DNA of 64,000 bases from assembly GCA_947460345.1 (NCBI GenBank), contig CANHGM010000001.1:132744-196743 (forward strand), given 5' to 3'. Shown one piece after another: positions 1 to 9,235 of the stretch. The position numbers and the translations under genes were made by a program. The notes beneath the pieces are model-generated. The model searched no databases and was not told where the DNA came from. It saw nothing but the letters and a program-made list of their open reading frames with translations. Source of the DNA: Bacteroidota bacterium (lineage in GTDB: Bacteria; Bacteroidota; Bacteroidia; UKL13-3). Every line of letters begins with the position of its first letter. Within the stretch, counting starts at the first letter, position 1.

Positions 1-1
1 T

Positions 2-409
2 AGCATCTCAGGTTGCACACCAACTACCGCCAATAGTGGAACGGGAAGCATCAAAAAGAATGGAATTGCATTAACAGGAACTATATGGTTCACTGCTTCT
101 GACTCTATCAATACCCCATTATCTCCTGTATATATTGTAGAAGAAAACCAAAATATATATCCACTGAATATGGAGGTATATCCAAATCCATTTACCAGTG
201 ATTTTAATATAGATATAACTACTGACAAAGGTATATATACCATTCAACTCATCGACATTAATGGAAGAGCCGTGGCTACCCAAACTATCACAACTACAGC
301 GGGTAACACCAGACTAAACATCCCAACTGAAACATTAGCTAAAGGTATATATATGCTAAGCATCACTTCTGACAAAGAAACCAAAACGGTGAGGGTGGTG
401 AAGCAATAA
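2..409 (+). CDS. T9SS type A sorting domain-containing secreted protein, 5'-truncated by the window edge
   Basis: The frame is open from base 2 to the stop at 409. The C-terminus has VYPNP...G.Y.L.I...K.VK, the Por/T9SS CTD pattern. Confidence 0.85.
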   Translation, partial: SISGCTPTTANSGTGSIKKNGIALTGTIWFTASDSINTPLSPVYIVEENQNIYPLNMEVYPNPFTSDFNIDITTDKGIYTIQLIDINGRAVATQTITTTAGNTRLNIPTETLAKGIYMLSITSDKETKTVRVVKQ

Positions 410-427
410 ATTAATCTTATTTTTAAT

Positions 428-459
428 TAAAAAAGGCTGCCTATAGGGTGGCCTTTTTT
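428..459. terminator. Bidirectional intrinsic terminator
   Basis: aaaaaaggctgcc-tata-gggtggcctttttt hairpin with A- and T-tracts, lying between convergent genes. Confidence 0.75.
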
Positions 460-469
460 ATTATAGTTA

Positions 470-1081
470 TTACAATACTTTAGAAAATATATACAAACAT
501 TCTAAAGCAATTTGGTTGCTGCGTTCAGTATATTTTTCATCTTGTAACACAGTATTATCATATGCTTTGGGGTCGTTATAGGTTACACCAATACGCAAAT
601 CGCAACCAGTAATTAACGGACAATTTTGTTCGGCATCAGAGCAAGTCATCACAGCAGCAAAATGTTTTTTAGGACTTGAAGCATCATCATATGTTTTTGA
701 GAAACAAGTAATATATATTTCTTGGTCTATGTATACATGATATATAGGATTGCTGCTTTCTGTTGTTTGCTTTATGATAAAACCTGCACCCTTTAAAGCA
801 TTGATTGCATTGGCATTTAATCTTGTAGCTTCAGTGCCGCCTGAGAATGTATATATATTGGGTATTTGATAATAGCTTGCAGCCACTGCAGCCCAAACTT
901 GCCCTAGATGGCTTCTTCTAGAGTTATGAGTGCAAATAAAATTCAGATTTACTTGGTTGTTATTGGCTAAACTGTATTGTATATATTCTGATACTTTCTC
1001 TAATATTTCCTTTCTATACTTAGGAATCTCATTAAAGTTTTTGGCCAATACTTCACATCTGTTTTTAAGTTCAATAAACAT
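470..1081 (-). CDS. Low-molecular-weight protein-tyrosine-phosphatase / arsenate-reductase-like protein
   Basis: P-loop motif FICTHNSRRS (CX5R), SGGTE, and CS.AEQNCP. Located downstream of an ArsR gene. Confidence 0.85.
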   Translation of the reverse strand: MFIELKNRCEVLAKNFNEIPKYRKEILEKVSEYIQYSLANNNQVNLNFICTHNSRRSHLGQVWAAVAASYYQIPNIYTFSGGTEATRLNANAINALKGAGFIIKQTTESSNPIYHVYIDQEIYITCFSKTYDDASSPKKHFAAVMTCSDAEQNCPLITGCDLRIGVTYNDPKAYDNTVLQDEKYTERSNQIALECLYIFSKVL

Positions 1082-1102
1082 TGTATTTATATATATATAT
1101 TA

Positions 1103-1576
1103 TTAACAACAACCACCGCCTGGCGTACAGCAACTATCATTTTTTACGGTAAGGTCTACTAGGTTTAATTTCAATTTCTCCTTAGGTATTCCACAGCTGT
1201 CGCTAGCAAGGCAATTCGTGTGTTTAGACTCTAACAAAAAATCTGTTCCATTATAACCTAAACTATATTTCCCAATGGTATCAGCTTGGTATTCTACTTC
1301 AATTTCTAAATTCTCCATACCCCATAGTTTCTCAGATAATTCTATTATACCTAAAAGCTTTTGAGGCTTAAGTCTGTGATCAAAATCGTTTGCTTCCCAA
1401 AGTTGAAAATTCGCAACTTTTTCGTCTCTCACTGTTCCGCCACAATCTATAAAGTGTTTTGAAATAACGCCTACTTCTGTTACATGAAAATGTTCTGGAA
1501 CTTTTGTGCCATTGGGTAAAACAAAGTTTACTTGGTCAGTAGTTTTTAATGTAGATTTTAATTCTTCAAGTTTCAT
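1103..1576 (-). CDS. DUF6428-family protein (ars-cluster associated, Cys-rich tail)
   Basis: HFHVTEVG...FIDCGG...FQLW motifs and a C-terminal CCTPGGGCC, typical of the gene following arsR in Bacteroidota. Confidence 0.8.
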   Translation of the reverse strand: MKLEELKSTLKTTDQVNFVLPNGTKVPEHFHVTEVGVISKHFIDCGGTVRDEKVANFQLWEANDFDHRLKPQKLLGIIELSEKLWGMENLEIEVEYQADTIGKYSLGYNGTDFLLESKHTNCLASDSCGIPKEKLKLNLVDLTVKNDSCCTPGGGCC

Positions 1577-1597
1577 TTTTTTAATTATTAGAGGGTT

Positions 1598-1930
1598 TTA
1601 ACAGCAATTATTCTTACCATTTTTAACATGTTTAGAGATATTATCAAAATATTGTCGTAAGGTATCAAATGCTTCATGATTGATACAATAACATATAGCA
1701 TTGCCTTCTATATTGCCTTTAATCAATCCAGCATTTTTAAGCTCTTTTAGATGTTGAGACACTGTTGGTTGTGCCAAAGGCAACTCGTTGACAATGTCTC
1801 CACAGATACAAGTATTTACGGATAAAAGATAGTCTATTATAGCAATTCTAGCCGGATGCCCAAGAGCTTTCGCTATGATGGCCAATTCATTTTGTTCTTC
1901 AGTAAAGTGTTCAGTTTTTGTAGCTCCCAT
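1598..1930 (-). CDS. arsR: ArsR/SmtB family metalloregulator
   Basis: [11 protein letters not shown]...[33 protein letters not shown], with a C-terminal CC. Confidence 0.9.
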   Translation of the reverse strand: MGATKTEHFTEEQNELAIIAKALGHPARIAIIDYLLSVNTCICGDIVNELPLAQPTVSQHLKELKNAGLIKGNIEGNAICYCINHEAFDTLRQYFDNISKHVKNGKNNCC

Positions 1931-1997
1931 AAATAATATTTATATATTGCAATATTACGATATATAGAATTACAAAACAAAATATTTTTGAAAATTT

Positions 1998-2498
1998 TTA
2001 CTTGCGTTTGGCGTAAACTATTTCGTTTTGAAACGCTCCATTTTTATATATAGTCTGTTCAAACCTTCCTTCTAATAAAAATCCTGCCTTTTCTAACACC
2101 CGCTGCGAGGCTTTATTGCTTTCAAACGTTCGAGCAAACACCCTAGTAATATCGTAAGTATTAAAAGCAAAATCTGTTGCGTTAAGTATTGCTTGAGATA
2201 TAATTCCGTTGCCCCAATATTCCTCTGCTAACCAATATCCAATTTCAGCGTTTTTTCTAAATATATCTGCTTGTAGATGAATACCAATCCCTCCTATGGC
2301 TTCTCCGTTTACTTCAATGGCAAATATATGTATAGGTGTGTCTTTGTTTGCAAAAACTATGAATGCCATACCAGTTTCTATAGTATATGGATGGGTAAAT
2401 CCATCAGTCATATATTGAGCAATGTGGGGGTTGTTGGCATATTTTACCAAACTATCTATATCATCCAATCTCCAGGGTCTAAGTGCAAAATCTATCAT
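1998..2498 (-). CDS. GNAT family N-acetyltransferase (RimJ/RimL type)
   Basis: AEIGYWLAEEYWGNGI and N.ASQRVLEKAGF.EG motifs. Confidence 0.9.
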   Translation of the reverse strand: MIDFALRPWRLDDIDSLVKYANNPHIAQYMTDGFTHPYTIETGMAFIVFANKDTPIHIFAIEVNGEAIGGIGIHLQADIFRKNAEIGYWLAEEYWGNGIISQAILNATDFAFNTYDITRVFARTFESNKASQRVLEKAGFLLEGRFEQTIYKNGAFQNEIVYAKRK

Positions 2499-2500
2499 AA

Positions 2501-2902
2501 TTAGTTATTCTTTATATATGATTTGATGGCTTCCCAATAAAATTCTTTCCAGCCACTTTTAAGTGAATCAACTTTATGCTCAGGAATATCTGTTTGGGTA
2601 AATACAAGTTTGATTTTGTCCCCAACTGGTTCAAATTTAAAAGTACAAATACTGTAATGTTCATCAGGCCAACCATCTTCAGCAAAATGCCATGCTTGGA
2701 CTATTTTACTACCAGGAATTAACTCTATATTATATCCATGACAATATCCACCAAACACGCTAAACTCACCTTTAATTTTTGTGCTTAGTTTGGCTACATC
2801 ACCAGTAAATGCAGCATGTTTATTAGAATCCATTAATAAATTATATATATCAATTGGGCTGGCATTGAAAGTTACTGTTTGCTTAATATTTTTTGTTTTC
2901 AT
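2501..2902 (-). CDS. SRPBCC/AHSA1 (activator of Hsp90 ATPase homolog 1-like) domain protein
   Basis: IKQTVTFNASP..IY.LLMDS..H.AFTG, KIVQAW...GWP, and GWKEFYW..IK.Y motifs. Confidence 0.85.
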   Translation of the reverse strand: MKTKNIKQTVTFNASPIDIYNLLMDSNKHAAFTGDVAKLSTKIKGEFSVFGGYCHGYNIELIPGSKIVQAWHFAEDGWPDEHYSICTFKFEPVGDKIKLVFTQTDIPEHKVDSLKSGWKEFYWEAIKSYIKNN

Positions 2903-2970
2903 ATTTTAATATTTATACAAAAATATATTAATATGCATTTAAATTAAAATGAAGCAGTCAAAAATGAAAT

Positions 2971-3524
2971 GACCCTTAAATAAGTTAAGGGAGACGAATT
3001 ATCGGTACAAATAAACTCCCGCCAATACGTCCTGCTGAACTTGTTTCAACATCTCTGTTTATTTCAATTTCTTTAGAACATTAATAGAGACCCTGAAATA
3101 AATTCAGGGTGACGGCATCAGTTAAAGGTGTCGAACTATCGGAACATATACATTTCCTCTATCGCGTCTTGCTGAACTTGTTTCAGCATCTCTGTTTATT
3201 TCAATTTCTTTAGAACATTAATAGAGACCCTGAAATAAATTCAGGGTGACGGCATCAGTTAAAGGTGTCGAACTATCGGAACATATACACACCTTACAAT
3301 GCGTCTTGCTGAACTTGTTTCAACATCTCTGTTTATTTCAATTTCTTTAGAACATTAATAGAGACCCTGAAATAAATTCAGGGTGACGGCATCAGTTAAA
3401 GGTGTCGAACTATCGGTACAAATAAACTCCCGCCAATACGTCCTGCTGAACTTGTTTCAACATCTCTGTTTATTTCAATTTCTTTAGAACATTAATAGAG
3501 ACCCTGAAATAAATTCAGGGTGAC
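2971..3524. repeat. Tandem array of four 137-bp units, each a convergent pair of CGTC-tagged REP-like palindromes, plus one degenerate REP upstream
   Basis: CGTCyTGCTGAACTTGTTTCArCATCTC starts at 3028, 3165, 3302 and 3439 (period 137). Each is followed by an identical linker and GAGACCCTGAAATAAATTCAGGGTGAC. A degenerate right-hand palindrome sits at 2971-2996. Confidence 0.92.
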
Positions 3525-3560
3525 ATCATCGGTTCATAGTGACATGGTGTATATAAAAGC

Positions 3561-3597
3561 AAAAAAAACCTCTTAACTTTCGTTAAGAGGTTTTTTT
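3561..3597 (-). terminator. Intrinsic terminator of the T9SS cargo gene
   Basis: aaaaaaaacctcttaac-tttc-gttaagaggttttttt, a perfect hairpin just past the stop at 3626. Confidence 0.85.
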
Positions 3598-3625
3598 AAT
3601 TAATATGAAATAAACTAACCTTAGT

Positions 3626-5254
3626 TTAGTTATGTGATACTATAAGTGGTAAGTTCTTTTGAGAATCGTTAGTATTTATTTGTAAAAAATAATGCCCTGA
3701 GCTTAAGTTTTGAGTATTAATTTCTAATTGATTTAAACCAGCATTTAATAATTTATTAGCTACTACTGCAACTACTTGTCCTTGAATATTTAAAATATTG
3801 ATAGTTGTAACTGAAGCTTTAGCAAGCTCTATGTTTAATGTAACTTGGTCGTTAGCTGGAACAGGGAAAGCATTCATTTCAATTGCATTTTCAACAACTG
3901 ATGAAGTTCCTAAATTAAATTGTCCACCTAATCTAGTATTCATAAAACTGTAACCTGATAAAGCTGGTGAACCTGTTTTAGGTAAAAAGTTAGGAGCAGT
4001 GTAATTAAACGGATCAACTAAATTCACATCAGCTGAATTAGTTAAATTTCTGTTGCTTCTTTTAGCATCATTAAACCATGCTTTCACATCAAATGTAGCA
4101 TCAGCATTAAAAGTACTTACTGTATCTGCATATTTAGAAATTCCAGCTATAATGTTGTTTTCAAATTGGAAATCATTATTTTTTAAGTTAGCTAAAACTT
4201 TAGCACCATCAACTAACAAACCAACTGGAAAACCAGTAATGATAGAGTTATATATAGAAACTCTTGTGTTTCTGCGGATATGAGCACCACGTTTATATAA
4301 AGTATTGATAGAATTGGTAGCATCTACTTTAGGGCCAATCACTGTCATGTTACAAAATAAAGCTGAAGAGAAAGGACTATTATCAGAACCTGTTCCATCA
4401 TTATCACTTTCAAAAGCATTAGAACCTGATTGGTCAGCTACAGCTGAATCTCTTAAAGATACTCCAAATTGTACATTACCTGAGAAACCAAAATCTGTAT
4501 CAAAATCATCATCCCAACCTTTAAAAGCTATTAACCATTTTGCATTTGCAGCACCACCAAACCACTCATAACTATCATCTCCACTATAACTCACTTGTAT
4601 ATGTTCTAAAGTTGTTCCGCTACCTACAGCACCTAAAGTTAAACCATTGATTTCGCTATTAGGCATAAAAGCTATACCAGGGAATTCTATTCTTACAAAC
4701 TTTAATGAACCTGAATTGTCAGCATTATCAGTTCCGCCATATTGACCATCACCATTAGCATTGTCAACACCACCTTCAACTGCAGCAGTTCCAGCAGTAG
4801 GATTAATTTTACCTTTACCTAAAACCACTAAACCACCCCAATCACCATAGTTACGGCTACCAGTATCTTGGTTAGAAGTGAAAACAATAGGAGAAGCAGA
4901 AGTACCTTCAGCCATTATTTTAGAACCTCTAGTAATTATCAAAGTTCCTTTAGTAGACTTATCACCACGAATTACAGTTCCTGCTTCAATAGTAAGAGTA
5001 GCACCATTTTTAACATATACAAATCCTGTCAATAAATATACTTTATCTTTTGTCCAAGTTGTGTTACTTGTAATATCTCCAGAAACATTGGTGGTGGTTG
5101 CTCCATATGCAGTATTTTTTGGAGTCCAATTTGCCCAACCTGAAGTCCAGTCAGTAGTTCCAAATGCTCCAACATAGTTGGTAGGCGTAAAAAACGATTG
5201 AGCTTTTAAACCTAAAGAGGCTAAAATAGCTAATAATGTAATTGCTTTTTTCAT
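3626..5254 (-). CDS. Secreted beta-helix-like protein with T9SS type A sorting domain (partner of the adjacent TonB receptor)
   Basis: Signal peptide, the family motifs GDWGGLVVLG, EINGLTLGAVG and DDSYEWFGG...DDDFDTDFG, and a C-terminal FPVPA...G.YFLQI CTD. Confidence 0.85.
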   Translation of the reverse strand: MKKAITLLAILASLGLKAQSFFTPTNYVGAFGTTDWTSGWANWTPKNTAYGATTTNVSGDITSNTTWTKDKVYLLTGFVYVKNGATLTIEAGTVIRGDKSTKGTLIITRGSKIMAEGTSASPIVFTSNQDTGSRNYGDWGGLVVLGKGKINPTAGTAAVEGGVDNANGDGQYGGTDNADNSGSLKFVRIEFPGIAFMPNSEINGLTLGAVGSGTTLEHIQVSYSGDDSYEWFGGAANAKWLIAFKGWDDDFDTDFGFSGNVQFGVSLRDSAVADQSGSNAFESDNDGTGSDNSPFSSALFCNMTVIGPKVDATNSINTLYKRGAHIRRNTRVSIYNSIITGFPVGLLVDGAKVLANLKNNDFQFENNIIAGISKYADTVSTFNADATFDVKAWFNDAKRSNRNLTNSADVNLVDPFNYTAPNFLPKTGSPALSGYSFMNTRLGGQFNLGTSSVVENAIEMNAFPVPANDQVTLNIELAKASVTTINILNIQGQVVAVVANKLLNAGLNQLEINTQNLSSGHYFLQINTNDSQKNLPLIVSHN

Positions 5255-5300
5255 GTGTTAATTAATTATAATTTTAATGAGGCAAAATTCAAAAGCTGTT

Positions 5301-5412
5301 GTTGCGGTATAGTTATGCTCAAGTTAAATATATGTTAAGGTATTAAATTCATATCCATTTGATTTACAAGCGTATTTACATTAAGTTAACACTCGAATAA
5401 CAATCGCATAAT
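5301..5412. promoter_or_regulatory. Two mirror-image arrays of 11-bp-periodic direct repeats (putative OmpR/PhoB-family operator boxes)
   Basis: GTTGC/GTTAT/GTTAA/GTTAA at 5301, 5312, 5323, 5334, and TTTAC/TTAAC/ATAAC/ATAAT at 5375, 5386, 5397, 5408. Confidence 0.5.
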
Positions 5413-5469
5413 AGTAAGAATACCTTGAGGTAATATTTAATTTTGAATTTTGCATATAAATAAATACAG

Positions 5470-8337
5470 ATGAAAAAAGCTAGTTTACTCTTATTATTAA
5501 ATGTATCATTATTTTTTGCTGCACAAGCTCAAAAAGAAATAGACAGTCCAATTGCTGAAATTGGAAATATTAAAAAATCTAATACGAATGTAAAATCTAA
5601 TACAGGAATTGTTTTTGGTAAAGTTGTGGATGAAAAAACAGGAGAATTATTATCAGGTATAGCAGTATATATTGATGGCATGAGTGTAGTTCATAACACT
5701 GACGGATCAGGAAAATTTAACATCAATCTAAAACCTGGTGTTTATACTTTAATTTTTAAAAACGCTGCCTATGTTACTAAAGAAGAAAAAAATATAGAAG
5801 TAAAAATAGGTGACGAATTAAATGTAAATATAGTTTTAGAACCTGCAAGTGTAGAATTAACTGGTGCAGTAGTTAAAGGTAAAGGCAAAAAAGAAACCAT
5901 GGGTGCTTTGCTTATTCAACAAAAAAATGCCCAAGCAGTAAGTGATGGCGTATCTATTGAAACCATAAGAAAAACACCAGACAGAAATACAGCTGATGTA
6001 ATGAAAAGAGTGAGTGGTACGAGTATCCAAGACGGTAAGTTTGCTATTATAAGAGGATTGAATGATAGATATAATGCTGCATATATAAATGGCTCTCCAT
6101 TGCCTAGTACTGAGGCTGATAAAAAAGCATTTTCATTTGATATGATTCCTTCCATAATGGTTGATAATATTACCATATCTAAAACAGCTACGCCTGACAA
6201 AACTGGTGAGTTTGCAGGTGGAATTATAGAAATAACTACACGAGATATTCCTGAAAAAAGATTTTTTCAAGTACAGTATGGAAGCAATTACCACAGTGTA
6301 AGTACCTTCAAAAATTATCAAACATATAAAGGAAGTAGTACTGATTGGCTTGGATATGACAATGGTACCAGACAATTGCCTAGTTCTTTCGCTTCGTCTG
6401 CTGATTATACCAAAGCAAATATTGCTACACAAATAGAGCAAAGCAAGTCATTAAACAATGATTGGGCTATTCAACAAAAAAAATCATTTGCACCTGGCAA
6501 CACTTTTTCATTGGTAGGAGGTTTGCCTTATAAAATAGGCAAAAAAGAGGCAGGTGTTTTTATTGGTATCACTTATAGCAATCAAAATAGATTTGTTAAA
6601 GCTGAAAGAAACGATTTTGACCAGCAAGGCAATGTTTTTAGTTATATAGATTCTGGCTATAAATCAAACGTATTAGGTGGGATTATTTTTAATAACAGTA
6701 TCAAGATTGCTCAAGGGCATAAAATTAGTTTCAAAAACTCTTTAAACATCAATAGCGAAAATCAAATGGTGGTAAGACAAGGAACAGATTTCGCTTCAGG
6801 TAATTATATAAAATCTTATGCCTATATATTTAACCAAAATTTGTTAACCTCAAGTCAATTAACTGGTGACCATTTATTTCAAACGCAAAAAATCAAAATC
6901 AATTGGAATATAGGATATAGTTATATAAACCGTCAAATCCCTGATTACAGAAGAGTGCGTTATACCATGCCAACTCCTGAAAACCAAGACCCTGACAACC
7001 CTCAAGATTACTGGCAAGCAGTTGTATCGCCTAGTGCTTCACCTAATGATGGTGGCCGTTTCTATTCAAAATTAAAAGAACACGTGTGGAGCGGGAGTGT
7101 AAATTTTACAAAAACCGTGAGAGTAAAATCTTCTAAAATTGATCTTAAATCAGGCTTGGCTTTAATAGACAGAAGTAGAGATTTTAGTGCTAGAGTATTG
7201 GGATATATCACCAACCCACAATTTAATTACAATATCGCCAAACAAGATGTTCAAGATATTTTCTCAGAAGCTAACATGAATATTAAAGGGTTCAGGTTAT
7301 CAGAAAGCACTAACCCTAGCGACCAATACACAGCTAGTAGTAGATTGTTTGCCGCATATGCCATGGCCGATCAAAGAGTAACAGAAAAGCTACGTTTGAT
7401 TTATGGTGTGCGTTACGAATATTTTCATCAAATGCTTCAATCTAGAGATTATACAAACAAACCTATAGAAATTGATACTAAAAAACCAGATTGGTTGCCA
7501 AGCATCAACCTTTCATATGCTTTAAATAAAAAATCTAACTTAAGAATGGCGGCTTCTCAAACTGTATCGAGACCAGAGTTTAGAGAACTTGCTCCATTTG
7601 GATTCTTTGACTTCAATCAGTTTGTATCAATGCAAGGCAATAGCAAATTACAAAGAAGCTTAATCAGAAATTATGACCTCAGATATGAAACATACCCGGG
7701 TGATGGTGAAGTTTTTTCAGTAAGTACCTTTTACAAGCAATTTATAAACCCAATTGAAATAGTTCTTGACCCAGCCATTGGCGGAGGAACCAGAAGCATG
7801 ACTTATCAAAATATAGACAAGGCACAAGCTTATGGGTTAGAATTAGAATTCAGAAAACGTTTACCAGCATTGTCTTTTGCAAGATTCACTAAATATATAA
7901 CTTTCAGCACCAATGCTTCATATATAGTAAGTAAAGTAGATGTATCAAACTTAACCGCTTCTGGCAGAAAATTCAGACCATTACAAGGACAATCTCCATA
8001 TATTGTTAACGGAACTTTAAGTTTCCAAAACAAGGGGTGGAGTATCAATGCAGCATACAATGTAGTAGGCCCTAGAATATCTAACGTAGGAACTGCAAAC
8101 TATTTAGAATATTACGAAAAGCCACGTCACATCATCGATTTACAAATTAGCAAATCATTTAAGAAAGATAAAATTGATATCAAACTAAACGTAGCTGATT
8201 TGCTCGCTCAAAACTTAGTCTATTACCAACCAATATCTGTTCCTACTGGCGAAACTATTAATATTAAAAACACCCGCCCCATGAACACTATATATAATGG
8301 AAGAAGTGTTACATTGAGTTTAAGCTGGAAATTATAG
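5470..8337 (+). CDS. TonB-dependent receptor with N-terminal carboxypeptidase-regulatory-like domain
   Basis: Plug motif IRGLNDRYN...NG.PLPS, KTATPD..GEFAGG.I.I.T, a beta-barrel body and an aromatic C-terminal strand (LSLSWKL). Confidence 0.93.
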   Translation: MKKASLLLLLNVSLFFAAQAQKEIDSPIAEIGNIKKSNTNVKSNTGIVFGKVVDEKTGELLSGIAVYIDGMSVVHNTDGSGKFNINLKPGVYTLIFKNAAYVTKEEKNIEVKIGDELNVNIVLEPASVELTGAVVKGKGKKETMGALLIQQKNAQAVSDGVSIETIRKTPDRNTADVMKRVSGTSIQDGKFAIIRGLNDRYNAAYINGSPLPSTEADKKAFSFDMIPSIMVDNITISKTATPDKTGEFAGGIIEITTRDIPEKRFFQVQYGSNYHSVSTFKNYQTYKGSSTDWLGYDNGTRQLPSSFASSADYTKANIATQIEQSKSLNNDWAIQQKKSFAPGNTFSLVGGLPYKIGKKEAGVFIGITYSNQNRFVKAERNDFDQQGNVFSYIDSGYKSNVLGGIIFNNSIKIAQGHKISFKNSLNINSENQMVVRQGTDFASGNYIKSYAYIFNQNLLTSSQLTGDHLFQTQKIKINWNIGYSYINRQIPDYRRVRYTMPTPENQDPDNPQDYWQAVVSPSASPNDGGRFYSKLKEHVWSGSVNFTKTVRVKSSKIDLKSGLALIDRSRDFSARVLGYITNPQFNYNIAKQDVQDIFSEANMNIKGFRLSESTNPSDQYTASSRLFAAYAMADQRVTEKLRLIYGVRYEYFHQMLQSRDYTNKPIEIDTKKPDWLPSINLSYALNKKSNLRMAASQTVSRPEFRELAPFGFFDFNQFVSMQGNSKLQRSLIRNYDLRYETYPGDGEVFSVSTFYKQFINPIEIVLDPAIGGGTRSMTYQNIDKAQAYGLELEFRKRLPALSFARFTKYITFSTNASYIVSKVDVSNLTASGRKFRPLQGQSPYIVNGTLSFQNKGWSINAAYNVVGPRISNVGTANYLEYYEKPRHIIDLQISKSFKKDKIDIKLNVADLLAQNLVYYQPISVPTGETINIKNTRPMNTIYNGRSVTLSLSWKL

Positions 8338-8417
8338 TATAACATATATTGTACTTTCTATAATAATTTTGTTGATGTAAAATTATATGCTCATTTTTGT
8401 ATAAACTTATACAAAAA

Positions 8418-9125
8418 ATGAAGAAAATAATATCGGCAATAATATTTACTTTTTCTACTTACATTTCTGTAGGTCAAAGAATTGTAAATGTAGATTTTGA
8501 TGCTATAAAAAAAGAAACTAAAGATTCAAATTCAGTTTATTTCTATCCTACATTATTAGAAAGGTTAAGCAAGAACGATTCAAATTTAGATATCAATGCA
8601 TACTACTATATATATTATGGAAGCACATTCACTCAAAACTACAACCCATATAGCACCAGCAACTTAGAAGATTCTTTTTTGACTATATATAACAAAGGTG
8701 AATATAGAAACGCCATACCTATTGGCCTTAAAGTTTTAGAAGAAAACCCCATCAATTTAAAAATAACATTTAAAGTAATGGTTTGCTATCATGCACTAGA
8801 TATACTAGACTCTTCACATACATATGCCAGAAAATATTATTCATTTCTCGATGTGATATATAAAAGTGGAGATGGCAAAAGTAGCGAATCAGCTTATGTA
8901 GTTATTGAAGTAGACGACGAGTACCAAGTGCTTGCAGATTTTGGTTTAGAAAGTACAGGCCAAGCTTTGTTATTTGACAATACTTATGGCCCAACAGACC
9001 TATTAAACTTATCTACCCAAAAGAAAAAAAAGAAAAAGGATGACAACAATTTAAAGAAATTATACTTTAATGTGAGTAAGCCTTTTGAAAATTTAAGTAA
9101 AGAGTTTAAAAAGAATAATAAGTAA
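8418..9125 (+). CDS. DUF4919-family exported protein
   Basis: Signal peptide from ATG 8418. Motifs YYIYYG, I.KSGDGKS.ESAY.VI.VDDEY..L and LYFN.S. Confidence 0.75.
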   Translation: MKKIISAIIFTFSTYISVGQRIVNVDFDAIKKETKDSNSVYFYPTLLERLSKNDSNLDINAYYYIYYGSTFTQNYNPYSTSNLEDSFLTIYNKGEYRNAIPIGLKVLEENPINLKITFKVMVCYHALDILDSSHTYARKYYSFLDVIYKSGDGKSSESAYVVIEVDDEYQVLADFGLESTGQALLFDNTYGPTDLLNLSTQKKKKKKDDNNLKKLYFNVSKPFENLSKEFKKNNK

Positions 9126-9235
9126 TATATAAGGCTATATACTCAATTCGAAATTATTGGGCGTATATTTTTTTTAACTTAAGCCACTTTTGAAACCATC
9201 CTTTATTTCTGATAATAGTTTATTACTTTTGCAAC

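Noticed and set aside
2995-3524. CRISPR array interpretation of the 137-bp repeat
   Set aside because: The constant part is about 115 bp, far longer than CRISPR repeats. The variable parts are only 22 nt, resemble each other, and one recurs. There are no cas genes, and the palindromes match CGTC-type REPs.
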